IMG/VR virus record: IMGVR_UViG_3300047319_001872
Location: 186,001 to 250,000 of that record
DNA: 64,000 nucleotides
Direction: 5' to 3' (one strand)
The position numbers were made by a program, and so were the translations under genes. Of this stretch, positions 27,899 to 36,500 are shown piece after piece (the stretch's first letter is position 1; each line of letters begins with the position of its first letter). The notes below the pieces were generated by a model. The model was not told the origin of the DNA. It saw only the letters and a list, made by a program, of their open reading frames with translations, and made no database searches.

Positions 27899-28530
27899 TA
27901 CCGTTTCCTCACAGAGTTGTTACGCAACCATTGAGCCAGTAGCTGCGTGGTCATGAAAGGCAGCTGCGTGATCGCCCGTGTTTTGCCGACATTACTGGCC
28001 GTCAGCTGGTAATGCGTGTCCGCCATCTCGATCACCTTCTTTTCGAAGGGATGGTCGAAATCCGCCAGATCTTTCAGCGACACTTGTGGCGTGCTGAAGA
28101 AATAGCGCGGCAAGCGACGACCACCGGGAAAGACCAACTCAGCGTCTGCGTTGTGACTGATCTTCGCCGGATGGAACGGGTTCTCCTCCTGTTGACGACG
28201 GATGAAGATCGGATCTGCCGTCAAGTGCTTGGATGCCAGGATCGCGCTCGACATCCGTTCGCCCCGACCACCCGGAATCGGCAAGGGGTCCAGCGTCCTG
28301 CGCCGTGAGAAATACTCGATGTCCTCCAACGGGCTATGATACTCACGATAGCGGTAGACGTGATTCAGCACTTCTTTGGAGCACTGCACACCGTACGCGA
28401 TCCATTGCCGGTGGTCCAGATCACGCGCTGCTCGAGGCCGCTTCAACCCCAACAACTTCGGATGGTCAAAGTGGAGGGCCTCGTCGACGATCATCCGAAT
28501 GCTGCGTTCCACACGAGGTTTCTTACTCAT
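27898..28530 (-). CDS. Hypothetical protein (210 aa)
   Basis: RBS GGAG; ORF tiling. Confidence 0.75.
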   Translation of the reverse strand: MSKKPRVERSIRMIVDEALHFDHPKLLGLKRPRAARDLDHRQWIAYGVQCSKEVLNHVYRYREYHSPLEDIEYFSRRRTLDPLPIPGGRGERMSSAILASKHLTADPIFIRRQQEENPFHPAKISHNADAELVFPGGRRLPRYFFSTPQVSLKDLADFDHPFEKKVIEMADTHYQLTASNVGKTRAITQLPFMTTQLLAQWLRNNSVRKR

Positions 28531-28531
28531 T

Positions 28532-29065
28532 TCACTCTCCTTGTTTCTTCTTGAGTTCGTTTACAGCCTTCTCGTGGTCTTCGCGAGCCTGATCGATCTC
28601 AGCAGGCATCTTCTTGTAATCGTCCGGACGTCCGTAGATGTCGAGGATCTTGCGGCGCGCAGCAGCAATCAAGAAAATCTGACGGCGAGCCAGGTACTGG
28701 CTATAGCTCACGTCGCCCGAGCGAATGAATGCCTGCCATTGTTGGCGCGTCCAGGTACGGATTTTCCTGAAGATCTCTGTAGTCTCTTGATGCTGATACT
28801 GGGGCATTTCGACCTTTTCGCCTAACGTCGTGATTACGACATCGAAATGCTTGTTTTCGCCTAACGTCGTGATTACGACATCGAAATGCTTGGATGATAA
28901 GACCGATTGGACTGGCGGCAATTGCGAGATGAAGAAGTCACGCATGTCGCGCTTCCAGCCGGGTACTTTATGCTTGGTTTTATTGATTGCGATACGTTGC
29001 TTGACCTGTTTGCTCAACATTGTAATTCTCCTCGTTGCAATAACGGAAATAAAAAGGAAGTACAC
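28532..29065 (-). CDS. Hypothetical protein containing a 13-aa exact duplication
   Basis: KHFDVVITTLGE occurs twice; real start probably at MLSKQVK (RBS AGGAG). Confidence 0.7.
   Translation of the reverse strand: MYFLFISVIATRRITMLSKQVKQRIAINKTKHKVPGWKRDMRDFFISQLPPVQSVLSSKHFDVVITTLGENKHFDVVITTLGEKVEMPQYQHQETTEIFRKIRTWTRQQWQAFIRSGDVSYSQYLARRQIFLIAAARRKILDIYGRPDDYKKMPAEIDQAREDHEKAVNELKKKQGE
28815..28892. repeat. Exact 39-bp tandem duplication
   Basis: TTTTCGCCTAACGTCGTGATTACGACATCGAAATGCTTG at 28815-28853 and 28854-28892. Confidence 0.95.
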
Positions 29066-29071
29066 CCAGCG

Positions 29072-29097
29072 GAGGAGCTCCCCGTAGGAAGCTCCTC
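29072..29097 (-). terminator. Hairpin after the 29110 gene
   Basis: GAGGAGCT/AGCTCCTC 8-bp stem; CGTA (UACG on the minus strand) in the loop. Confidence 0.6.
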
Positions 29098-29109
29098 GAC
29101 TTGGCTTAC

Positions 29110-29667
29110 TTAGCTTTGTGCAGCAGCGAAGCCTGCCGTCTGGAAGCCGTCGCCTTCAGCCTGCTGTTTGCGCAGGAACGCAGGTACTTCGACGGCGCTG
29201 TAATCACGCCCGCTCGTCGCAGCGGCGGATGCCATCGCGGTCGAGACTGCGGCTTCCGCTTCGGCCGCCGACGTGCTACCCAGGTTCATGTGCAGCGCCT
29301 GGCGACCATCGACGAGTGCCGGAGCCTGACCGTGTTCCGCCATGATGGCCAGAACGCGCTTATGCGCAGCCAGGGCATCGGGTTCCGCGGACTCGATGAC
29401 CGAACCGTACTTGGCGAGTTCGAGCGGGATGAAGCCCTGCGCTTGCGCTTCCTTCCAGATGTGCGCGAACAGGCGATGGTTCAGCGGCAACGGCGTCGTG
29501 TGACCCTTCAGGCAGAAGATCACTTCCTTCTCGATGATGCCGAGCGAACGGTTGCTGGCGATCAGACGACCATGCTCACCAAAGTACGCGGCTTCCGTGT
29601 GGAAAAGGATTTCCAGTTGTTCGATTTGGATTTCTTTGGAACCGAAGATTGCCTTGATGATACCCAT
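29110..29667 (-). CDS. Hypothetical protein with Ala-rich linker and FtsZ-C-terminal-peptide-like motif
   Basis: RBS AGGAG; ...SAAATSGRDYSAVEVPAFLRKQQAE... Confidence 0.8.
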   Translation of the reverse strand: MGIIKAIFGSKEIQIEQLEILFHTEAAYFGEHGRLIASNRSLGIIEKEVIFCLKGHTTPLPLNHRLFAHIWKEAQAQGFIPLELAKYGSVIESAEPDALAAHKRVLAIMAEHGQAPALVDGRQALHMNLGSTSAAEAEAAVSTAMASAAATSGRDYSAVEVPAFLRKQQAEGDGFQTAGFAAAQS

Positions 29668-29760
29668 TTTGAAGCTCCTTGTTTAAGTTGTAAAAGACTA
29701 TTGCGATAAGTGGGCTAGTGTGTACAACTACTAACGCGTGCCCGTAGCGTCAGCATTAGA

Positions 29761-29928
29761 CTATCCTTTCAACTGAGAGCAGATGAGCCGGATCAGCGGA
29801 TAAAGCGCCAAGCTAATGGGGGCGACTGCCAGGAGCAGGTAGAGGACCGCGCCCCTTACCCAGCCCACTGAGTCGCCCGACATGTAGACGCGATTCTTAT
29901 CGCGTTCGTACAGTTGACGATTGCCCAT
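29761..29928 (-). CDS. Small membrane protein (55 aa, MGNRQLYERD...), not in the ORF track
   Basis: Hand translation; TAATG coupling; single TM. Confidence 0.6.
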   Translation of the reverse strand: MGNRQLYERDKNRVYMSGDSVGWVRGAVLYLLLAVAPISLALYPLIRLICSQLKG

Positions 29929-30242
29929 TACTTGTCATCCACGTGAGTGAGCTCACCGCTGACGTTGCAATTGTTGCGGCCATCCATGCGCACGACCGTG
30001 TTGAAGCTATCGGGCACGGCGATCGCGAGTTCCTTGAGCTTCTTTTCGAAGTACGCCCAATCGCGGCAGCCTGCGGCCTGATCGTCATCCAGGTTCGAGT
30101 AGATGCGACCTTCCATCTCGTCGTCCTCGGGCGACTCATCCTGCTCAATCACCAGGAAGAATTGCTGCAGGGGATAGTCCCAGCCAGCGCGAACCGTGAT
30201 AGCATCACCAAAATGCTGCGTCTTGTAAACATGCTGCATCAT
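29928..30242 (-). CDS. Hypothetical protein (likely start 30242)
   Basis: RBS AAGGAG; VRAGWDYPLQQFFLVIE. Confidence 0.75.
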   Translation of the reverse strand: MMQHVYKTQHFGDAITVRAGWDYPLQQFFLVIEQDESPEDDEMEGRIYSNLDDDQAAGCRDWAYFEKKLKELAIAVPDSFNTVVRMDGRNNCNVSGELTHVDDK

Positions 30243-30326
30243 GTTCTCCTTGATCAACCACAATCGGGGGCATCGTAGAATGAATCCACCCGATAAATTC
30301 CATTTAGGGCATAAAAGCAAAAAGAG

Positions 30327-30358
30327 CCTGGCGGGAGACCGAAGCCTCAGCCGCCAGG
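30327..30358 (-). terminator. Hairpin with UUCG loop followed by TTTTTGCTTTTATGCC
   Basis: CCTGGCGG...CCGCCAGG outer stem. Confidence 0.65.
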
Positions 30359-30384
30359 TAAAGTCGCTTAACGCCCCCTACAAA

Positions 30385-30477
30385 TTACATCTTTAAACGA
30401 GTTGAGATCAACCACACGACGAGCACGCCCAAAGCGACGCCCCATTCGATGGCCCACTTCTTCCAACGCGGCGGCAT
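30385..30477 (-). CDS. 30-aa membrane micropeptide (MPPRWKKWAIEWGVALGVLVVWLISTRLKM)
   Basis: RBS AAGGAG before ATG 30477; one TM. Confidence 0.55.
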   Translation of the reverse strand: MPPRWKKWAIEWGVALGVLVVWLISTRLKM

Positions 30478-30487
30478 GCCAGACTCC

Positions 30488-30787
30488 TTAATGCAGAGTG
30501 ACAGAGGGTACACGCTGTGCACCACAGGATGCCTTTGCATTGTCGAGGATCTGTTCGCCGAATACGAGTGCCTGGTCAGCCAGGTCTTTGAGCAGATTGA
30601 GCTCACCCTTCATCTGGTCGGGGATCGCATCACCCAACAGATTGAAGTGTTCACGGATTTCTTGAGCACGCGCCATCGTGAGCTGCAGACATTCAGTCAC
30701 TTCGGTGAGGTTCACCGGACCAAAGACGATGTAGTGCTTCAGGCGGGCGATTTGAGCTTGTTGCATGGTAAACTCCTCATTGATCAA
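30488..30787 (-). CDS. Hypothetical protein, first gene after an early promoter
   Basis: ORF of 99 aa; alternative start MQQAQ with RBS GAGGAG. Confidence 0.7.
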   Translation of the reverse strand: MINEEFTMQQAQIARLKHYIVFGPVNLTEVTECLQLTMARAQEIREHFNLLGDAIPDQMKGELNLLKDLADQALVFGEQILDNAKASCGAQRVPSVTLH

Positions 30788-30828
30788 CTCATGGAAAGGT
30801 AAAGGGAAAGTTCTTTAATTCCCTAATT

Positions 30829-30845
30829 GCTAGGTTTGTTATATA
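30829..30845 (-). promoter_or_regulatory. Candidate early promoter TATATAACAAACCTAGC
   Basis: One mismatch to the 26430-26446 site; intergenic, after a hairpin. Confidence 0.7.
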
Positions 30846-30875
30846 GGGCTGAAATTCGTTTGAATCAGCGTCATA

Positions 30876-30899
30876 GAGGCGAGCCCGTAGGCTCGCCTC
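30876..30899 (-). terminator. UACG hairpin ending the structural operon; tail TATGACG
   Basis: GAGGCGAGCC-CGTA-GGCTCGCCTC perfect 10-bp stem. Confidence 0.75.
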
Positions 30900-30920
30900 G
30901 CTGTATGTCGCGACTGTTCT

Positions 30921-32006
30921 TTAATCCAGCGTAAAGGGAGTAGTCGGTGCCGTAAAGGCACTCGTGTAACGGGCGACATTGGAAACGCGCACTTCGTCCA
31001 TTTTACCGCCTGCCAAACCCAGGTTCAAACCATTGGTCCAGTTACCCACACACAGGGCGTTGGTATTTTGACCGAACGGCAGACTAGAGGTCGCGGTAGC
31101 GAGTGATACGCCATTTAACCACAAGGTGACCGTGGTGCCGTGCTTGGTGATCGCCACGTGATAACGGGTACCAGCCACCACATTAGACGTCACCTGGATA
31201 ATCGGTGAATTGGTGCTACCCAATGAAACGTAGAACTGACCGTTGTAGTGGTCGATATACGAACCCGTGCCCTTGGAGAAAACGACTTGAGGCGTAGCCG
31301 TGCTGGCCAGTGCCAGGAAGAACTCAATCGTGAAATCTCCCGTCAACTCCAGCTCAGGCGCATCGGGCGTCGTAACATAACTCAGGGCGTCATTTGAGGT
31401 GTACGAAGAAGTTCCGATCAACGGGCTGCTGGTGGTCAGCTGTGCCGAGCCGCCTGGCGTCATCGGGTGACCCGCTGCATCCGTAAAGACCGTGCTGCCG
31501 TTGCTGCCCTCAAAATGCATCAAGAGCACGGTCTTAGGTGGTTGCCAAGCGACGGTAATATCCGTCGAACCGTCCTCGTAGATCAACGAACCGCTCGCCT
31601 GCAAGGTGACAGTTTGGTTGCCTGCTGTGCCTTGTGGAGTAAAGCTCGGTGCTGAAATTTCTGAAGGAATGAAACCAAAATACTGACTCACAGCTGCCAG
31701 CGTGGCGGCCTTACTCGTACCCAACTGCACCGGTACAGGACCTGCAGGGCTGGCAGCCTCAGCAGCGAGTGTCAGCCGTTTATAGGTGACATCGACGCTG
31801 CCTGTAAAATTCGCGTAACTGCCCTGAGGGCCAGTGCCCGTCAGGGTGACCTTAGTATCAGCCCCATTCGGGAAACTACCGGTCGTCACGGCGCTTACTG
31901 TCACTTCGTTAGGAAGGTTCGGTGCTTGCGCATTGGAGGCATCAATCAGCGCAAGCAGATTCTGTACTGCGCTTTTTGTGGGGTCGATTTTCATTCGGGT
32001 CGCCAA
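30921..32006 (-). CDS. Tail fibre/tip paralog (YxR-type domain) + C-terminal LamG/ConA-like domain
   Basis: NLLALIDASN...TYKRLTL; VLLMHFEGSNGST...GDFTIEF...MDEVRVSNVARYT. Confidence 0.8.
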   Translation of the reverse strand: MATRMKIDPTKSAVQNLLALIDASNAQAPNLPNEVTVSAVTTGSFPNGADTKVTLTGTGPQGSYANFTGSVDVTYKRLTLAAEAASPAGPVPVQLGTSKAATLAAVSQYFGFIPSEISAPSFTPQGTAGNQTVTLQASGSLIYEDGSTDITVAWQPPKTVLLMHFEGSNGSTVFTDAAGHPMTPGGSAQLTTSSPLIGTSSYTSNDALSYVTTPDAPELELTGDFTIEFFLALASTATPQVVFSKGTGSYIDHYNGQFYVSLGSTNSPIIQVTSNVVAGTRYHVAITKHGTTVTLWLNGVSLATATSSLPFGQNTNALCVGNWTNGLNLGLAGGKMDEVRVSNVARYTSAFTAPTTPFTLD

Positions 32007-32092
32007 AATAAGGAAAGGTCATAAAATGAACCTGTAGAAAATGACGGCATAAAGGCAGAGCCGAAGCCCCACCCCTACGAGCACTGAAGTGC

Positions 32093-32635
32093 TTAGCTTG
32101 CGGCGTCGAAGCCCGAGAGGTCCGTGACCGTAACGGCCGAGGACAGCGCGACTTGCGGAGCCTGCCAGGTCATGGCGATCGCTTGCAGCGAACCGTCCAC
32201 GTACAGCAGCGAACCCGCATTAGCCACCAGATCGAGCGTGGCTTGATTGCCGCTCTGTGCGCCCGAAAGCGGTGTACCCGGAGCCGCCGGATCTTCGAGA
32301 TGCAGTTCCGACTCCACGAGACCGAGCTGAGCAGCCAGCGCCGTCACGAGCGCAGCCGCCGTGGTACCGGTGGTCGCGGTGTAGCTATCGACCGGGCTGA
32401 GCACCGAGTCGTTCAGACCCCGGCGGGTGTAGTTGACCGAGACCGCACCTGTGTAGCCCTGGCCGCCAACGGCCGTCAGTGCTACCGTGGTGTTACGGCC
32501 GTCGCCCGTATCGGATTTGACGCTGGGTGCACCTGCAGTCACTTGCGCGTTCGTGATCGTCTGGCCGGTATTAGCAGCATTGACGAGCGCGAGCAGGTTA
32601 TCCAACGCCGACAAGCTGGTGTTGATTTTTGCCAT
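32093..32635 (-). CDS. Tail fibre/tip paralog, single domain
   Basis: NLLALVNAAN...NYTRRGL; closest to the N-terminus of 30921. Confidence 0.8.
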   Translation of the reverse strand: MAKINTSLSALDNLLALVNAANTGQTITNAQVTAGAPSVKSDTGDGRNTTVALTAVGGQGYTGAVSVNYTRRGLNDSVLSPVDSYTATTGTTAAALVTALAAQLGLVESELHLEDPAAPGTPLSGAQSGNQATLDLVANAGSLLYVDGSLQAIAMTWQAPQVALSSAVTVTDLSGFDAAS

Positions 32636-32694
32636 TTCCGTTCCTTAAAGGAGAAGTGATCTACTGCACTGCGGGGCCCACATAAGAAGGACCC

Positions 32695-32726
32695 CGCATA
32701 GGATGCAAGTATTTTTTTACTGCTTA
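32695..32726 (-). promoter_or_regulatory. Candidate late promoter TAAGCAGTAAA-N9-GCATCCTATGCG
   Basis: TATG core as in phiKZ late promoters; both blocks repeated at 48830-48859. Confidence 0.55.
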
Positions 32727-34271
32727 ATCTACCACAAATGGAGCAGCAGGTGGGATAAAAGTCGTCGTGTAGCGAGCCATGTTACTCAGGCGCAACTCAT
32801 CGATGCGGCCATTAAACAGCATGGCTGTACTACCGTTGAGGAATTGACCGATCCACAGCGGGTAGGTGTTGTTACCAAATGTTTGAGTACTGGTAACGGT
32901 TTGTACCAACACACCATCGACGAAACATTTCCAACTGTTGCCAGCGCGTACAAAGGCAAAATGCTGCCACGTACCCACTTTGGTACTGCTTGTATCAGGC
33001 GTACCCACGATGACACTACCGTCGGTCCCGAGGATGCGAACCAGGCCACTAGTGGACTGGATATACTGGTAACCTGATTGGGCGCTCGTGCCCTTGGACA
33101 AAATCATGCCGTTTTGAGTGACGTTGTTGTGCCAAGCCCAAAACTCAATCGTCAGATCACCCGTAAAATGCAAATCGGGCGCGTCACTCACAGCAAGATA
33201 TCCGGCACCCGATGGGAAGTAACCGGCACCAAATTTACCTCCAGCACCAGCTACTGCTGCACCATTGTTGGTAACGGTATGGCCGAGCACATCCGCGTAG
33301 GCCGAGGTGCCTGCATTGTCAAAATGCATCAGCAACTTCGTATTGGCTGCGGGACCGACGCCGCTTGCATTAGCAAAGCCAGGCAGATTCACTGTCGTCA
33401 CTGCTGTCGACAACACCACGGAATTCATCAGGTACACATTCGTGCCCGGCGCAAATACGTAGCTGTTCGGATCGACCACCAGCTGCAACTTTGTCGCGTT
33501 CGCTGCAACCGGACCATCCACCACATCCGTCGGATCAAGCGTCAAGCCGTATTGCGTGTTGATCTGAGGGATCAGCGCGCGAATGGTCGTAGCCGAACTA
33601 ATCGTGCCGAGCTTCCAGGTGTTATTGGTGCCACCTAGAAACGCGTTCGCAATGTCCGTGCGATTGTAATAGAGCTTGTACGTGCCTGAGTACTGCTGCA
33701 GCAACGTGCCGATGGGCGCCACCGTCACGTAAGTGTTACAGTTGATCTGTGAACTATCTGCAACGGGCGCGCTCACCGATAACTGTGACTGGGAGATGGT
33801 CTGCTTCGCGTCAGCTTGAATCAATGCCCACAAACCCGCCAAACCTCCTGTCTTAATCTGGAACTGTTTCTTCTGCATGACGAATGCAGAGACTTGACGC
33901 AACTGGCCTTGGGTCGATGACTTCTGCATCGCAAAGGCCGACACCTGACGCAGCGAGCCACTACTGGATAGCTTGGTCCACGTCACTGCGGGCATTGCCC
34001 GGAACTTTGCGCCGATGGCGTCCTGCGTCCATTGCAAGGCCATCACGCGCCGGATCGACATCGTGGGGTTGTCCTGCGACCACTGCAGTGCGGTCACCTT
34101 ACGCAACGTGACAGGCGTGGGTGAGCTGAACCACTGCACTGCCTGCATTTGGCGGAAATACGCGTTGATGTTTTGCGTCGTCCACACGACAGGGGCGGCT
34201 TGACGAACCTGGGCACTACTGCTCGTTCCTTGCCACACCAGTGGGGCGAAGTAGCGAATTGTTGTCGTCAT
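32724..34271 (-). CDS. Tail fibre protein: 8x17-aa repeat + YxR-type domain + LamG
   Basis: Periodic phi-R-x-phi-x-A/P-phi-x-W units; YYNRTDI; LLMHFD...IDELRLSNMARYT. Confidence 0.8.
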   Translation of the reverse strand: MTTTIRYFAPLVWQGTSSSAQVRQAAPVVWTTQNINAYFRQMQAVQWFSSPTPVTLRKVTALQWSQDNPTMSIRRVMALQWTQDAIGAKFRAMPAVTWTKLSSSGSLRQVSAFAMQKSSTQGQLRQVSAFVMQKKQFQIKTGGLAGLWALIQADAKQTISQSQLSVSAPVADSSQINCNTYVTVAPIGTLLQQYSGTYKLYYNRTDIANAFLGGTNNTWKLGTISSATTIRALIPQINTQYGLTLDPTDVVDGPVAANATKLQLVVDPNSYVFAPGTNVYLMNSVVLSTAVTTVNLPGFANASGVGPAANTKLLMHFDNAGTSAYADVLGHTVTNNGAAVAGAGGKFGAGYFPSGAGYLAVSDAPDLHFTGDLTIEFWAWHNNVTQNGMILSKGTSAQSGYQYIQSTSGLVRILGTDGSVIVGTPDTSSTKVGTWQHFAFVRAGNSWKCFVDGVLVQTVTSTQTFGNNTYPLWIGQFLNGSTAMLFNGRIDELRLSNMARYTTTFIPPAAPFVVD

Positions 34272-34281
34272 TCACTCCTCC

Positions 34282-35355
34282 TTAGTTAGTGGGTGTCAGT
34301 ACGAACTGAGTCTGGTTAATCTTCGCGCCTGTCCAGTTTGAACCATCCGGCGCTTTCGTCTGCCAAGGCAACTTTTGATTCAGTACCAGTCCATTGCTAT
34401 TGGCAAACTGGCCAAGCGGTGAAACGTTACTGGAAGCATCCGCAAAGCTCGCTGCAATCTTGGCGGGACCAGCCCCACTCGGTTGAAACGACAGTGTGGG
34501 TTGAACAGCCAGGACTTTCTGACTACTGTCATTAACGGTGACGCCCATCGTCACTGCCAGGGACTGGTTATCTGCCGGAGCCTGCGCATAGGGGCTAATG
34601 ACGGGCGGGTTTTGGTTAGCGGTATTGAGCACCGTCACCAGATCTGCTGCGCCGTTAGGTACCCATTCCGAGCCCGACGCGGCCGCCGTGCGCGACGCTT
34701 TGGCGCGAATCGGACCCAGTCGACCCGGCGTCGATGCATCCACGTCGAGAAAATAGAAGTCGCGATAGCCGCGTGCGTAATTCGCGCTCCCGGTGGACGC
34801 GCCTCCAAAGGTAATGTAGCCCGTGCTGTTAAAGACAGCGGACGTCACCGTACCGGAATTGATCAAAACGCCGTTGCCATACACCTGGAACGTCAGTGCA
34901 CTACGATCGATAAAGACCTCAATGTAGATTTCACCACCCACACCCACCATCCCTGCTGCGATCAGATGTGACTCATCGAGCAGCGAAGTCCAGCTACCGA
35001 AGGATGTGCTGTTGGTCACGATGACCACATGGGGTGCACCGAGCGTGTTATTCACGATCAGCTTCGTGCGGAAACCAAACCAATACTGCGTTGCCACGCT
35101 CCAGTCCTGCACAGCTGCGGTGGGTACAAAGAGCGCCCCGCATTGACCGGACGAATTAGCGGCGTTCGACAAGAAGCCATCGGCCGTCACGGAGAAGATG
35201 TTGCTGGGGGTAGTGTTATTAACGTAGGTGAGCGGCTGACCGACATTGCCAGTATACTGGTTGTAGATCGTGTTGCCGTTATAACTCGATCCCGCGGCAC
35301 TCAGTGTCATCCCCACTGGCGCATTCTCAAAATGCCACAAATCGTGAAGGGCCAT
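34282..35355 (-). CDS. Virion fibre/receptor-binding-like paralog, family B copy 1
   Basis: MALHDLWHFENAP...YRDFYFLDVD...RLGPI...APDGSNWT. Confidence 0.75.
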   Translation of the reverse strand: MALHDLWHFENAPVGMTLSAAGSSYNGNTIYNQYTGNVGQPLTYVNNTTPSNIFSVTADGFLSNAANSSGQCGALFVPTAAVQDWSVATQYWFGFRTKLIVNNTLGAPHVVIVTNSTSFGSWTSLLDESHLIAAGMVGVGGEIYIEVFIDRSALTFQVYGNGVLINSGTVTSAVFNSTGYITFGGASTGSANYARGYRDFYFLDVDASTPGRLGPIRAKASRTAAASGSEWVPNGAADLVTVLNTANQNPPVISPYAQAPADNQSLAVTMGVTVNDSSQKVLAVQPTLSFQPSGAGPAKIAASFADASSNVSPLGQFANSNGLVLNQKLPWQTKAPDGSNWTGAKINQTQFVLTPTN

Positions 35356-35370
35356 GTTCGTTACTCTCTG

Positions 35371-36420
35371 TTACGGGGTGAGGGTCGCGACCATCGCCGC
35401 CAACGACTGGGGTGTGAAGGGCGTGCCATCCGGTGCTTTCTCGAGCACAAACGCGTTCTGATTCCAGTACATCTGGGCGCCGTTCGGATAGGTAATTTGC
35501 TTACCATTCACGGACTGGCCGTTATACGAAACACTCGCCTGTGGGGCGAAGATGTAACTCGCCGTGCGCTGGCCCGACACGTCCGCTTTCGCAGCGAGAA
35601 TACTCTCGCCTGCAATCAGGCCCGCATTCGAGAGCTTGAACTGCAACGGGTCCATGGTCGCGGGCTCTGTCAGCAGCGGTGCATTTTGAGACCCGGCCGT
35701 TGTGCCAAGCGGCGTCGACAGGTCGACCAACGCCGTGCTGCTATCGCTGGAGGTCCAGTTCGGTGCCGTCACGCTGGCCAAAGCGGCAGGCGTAACATCC
35801 ACCGGACCGAGGCGATTACATTGCGTGGCATCCTGGGTGTCATCGATGAAGTACACATCGCGCAGGTACCAGGTGTAAGTAGCTGAAGGATTGTTACAGC
35901 CCCATACCAACCAGGCGTTGCCGTCCGCCGACACGAACGCATTGAAGTCAAAGAACGTGCTCGACACTTGCACCCCGTCGATCCACACCACGATCTGGGT
36001 GTTGGCACGATCAATCATTACCTCGATGTACTGGGGGGTGTTTAGTGCCAGCTGCGTATTCAGCACCAGGGTCTGCTTAGTGCCTGCTGTGTTCTGTAAA
36101 TACAGCACCGGGACGGACAGGCTGTTATTATTGACCTGAAACCGCATCCCGATAAAGCTGCGCGGCGCGCTAAAAACGCTGAGGTTCTGATAGGGGATGG
36201 AAATGAGCGGATTGTAGGTCCCGTAATTCGTGTTCGGATACGGGTTAGTGGCGCCAATGCACGTCAGCCAGTTCGCCCAGCTGCCGGTCCCTTTGATCAC
36301 GGTTCCGTAGTTAGTGTAATAGTTGGTGACCACAATATCGCCGCGCAAGTAGTTAAGCGCCGTGGCACCTGCCGTGTAAGGAGGGATATTGTCGAAGCCC
36401 CAAAAATCTCGGATAGCCAT
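35371..36420 (-). CDS. Family B paralog copy 2
   Basis: MAIRDFWGFDNIP...LRDVYFIDD...RLGPV...APDGTPFT. Confidence 0.75.
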   Translation of the reverse strand: MAIRDFWGFDNIPPYTAGATALNYLRGDIVVTNYYTNYGTVIKGTGSWANWLTCIGATNPYPNTNYGTYNPLISIPYQNLSVFSAPRSFIGMRFQVNNNSLSVPVLYLQNTAGTKQTLVLNTQLALNTPQYIEVMIDRANTQIVVWIDGVQVSSTFFDFNAFVSADGNAWLVWGCNNPSATYTWYLRDVYFIDDTQDATQCNRLGPVDVTPAALASVTAPNWTSSDSSTALVDLSTPLGTTAGSQNAPLLTEPATMDPLQFKLSNAGLIAGESILAAKADVSGQRTASYIFAPQASVSYNGQSVNGKQITYPNGAQMYWNQNAFVLEKAPDGTPFTPQSLAAMVATLTP

Positions 36421-36500
36421 CTTTAAACTCTCTTGATGATAACGAACATAAAAACCCCGACACCCTCCCTGAGGAGAGCGTCAGGGCTCTCGTGCCGCTA

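Noticed and set aside
29714-29730. GCTAGTGTGTACAACTA as a third early promoter
   Set aside because: It only partly resembles the 17-nt motif, needs a gap, and lacks TATATTAC. Too weak to call.
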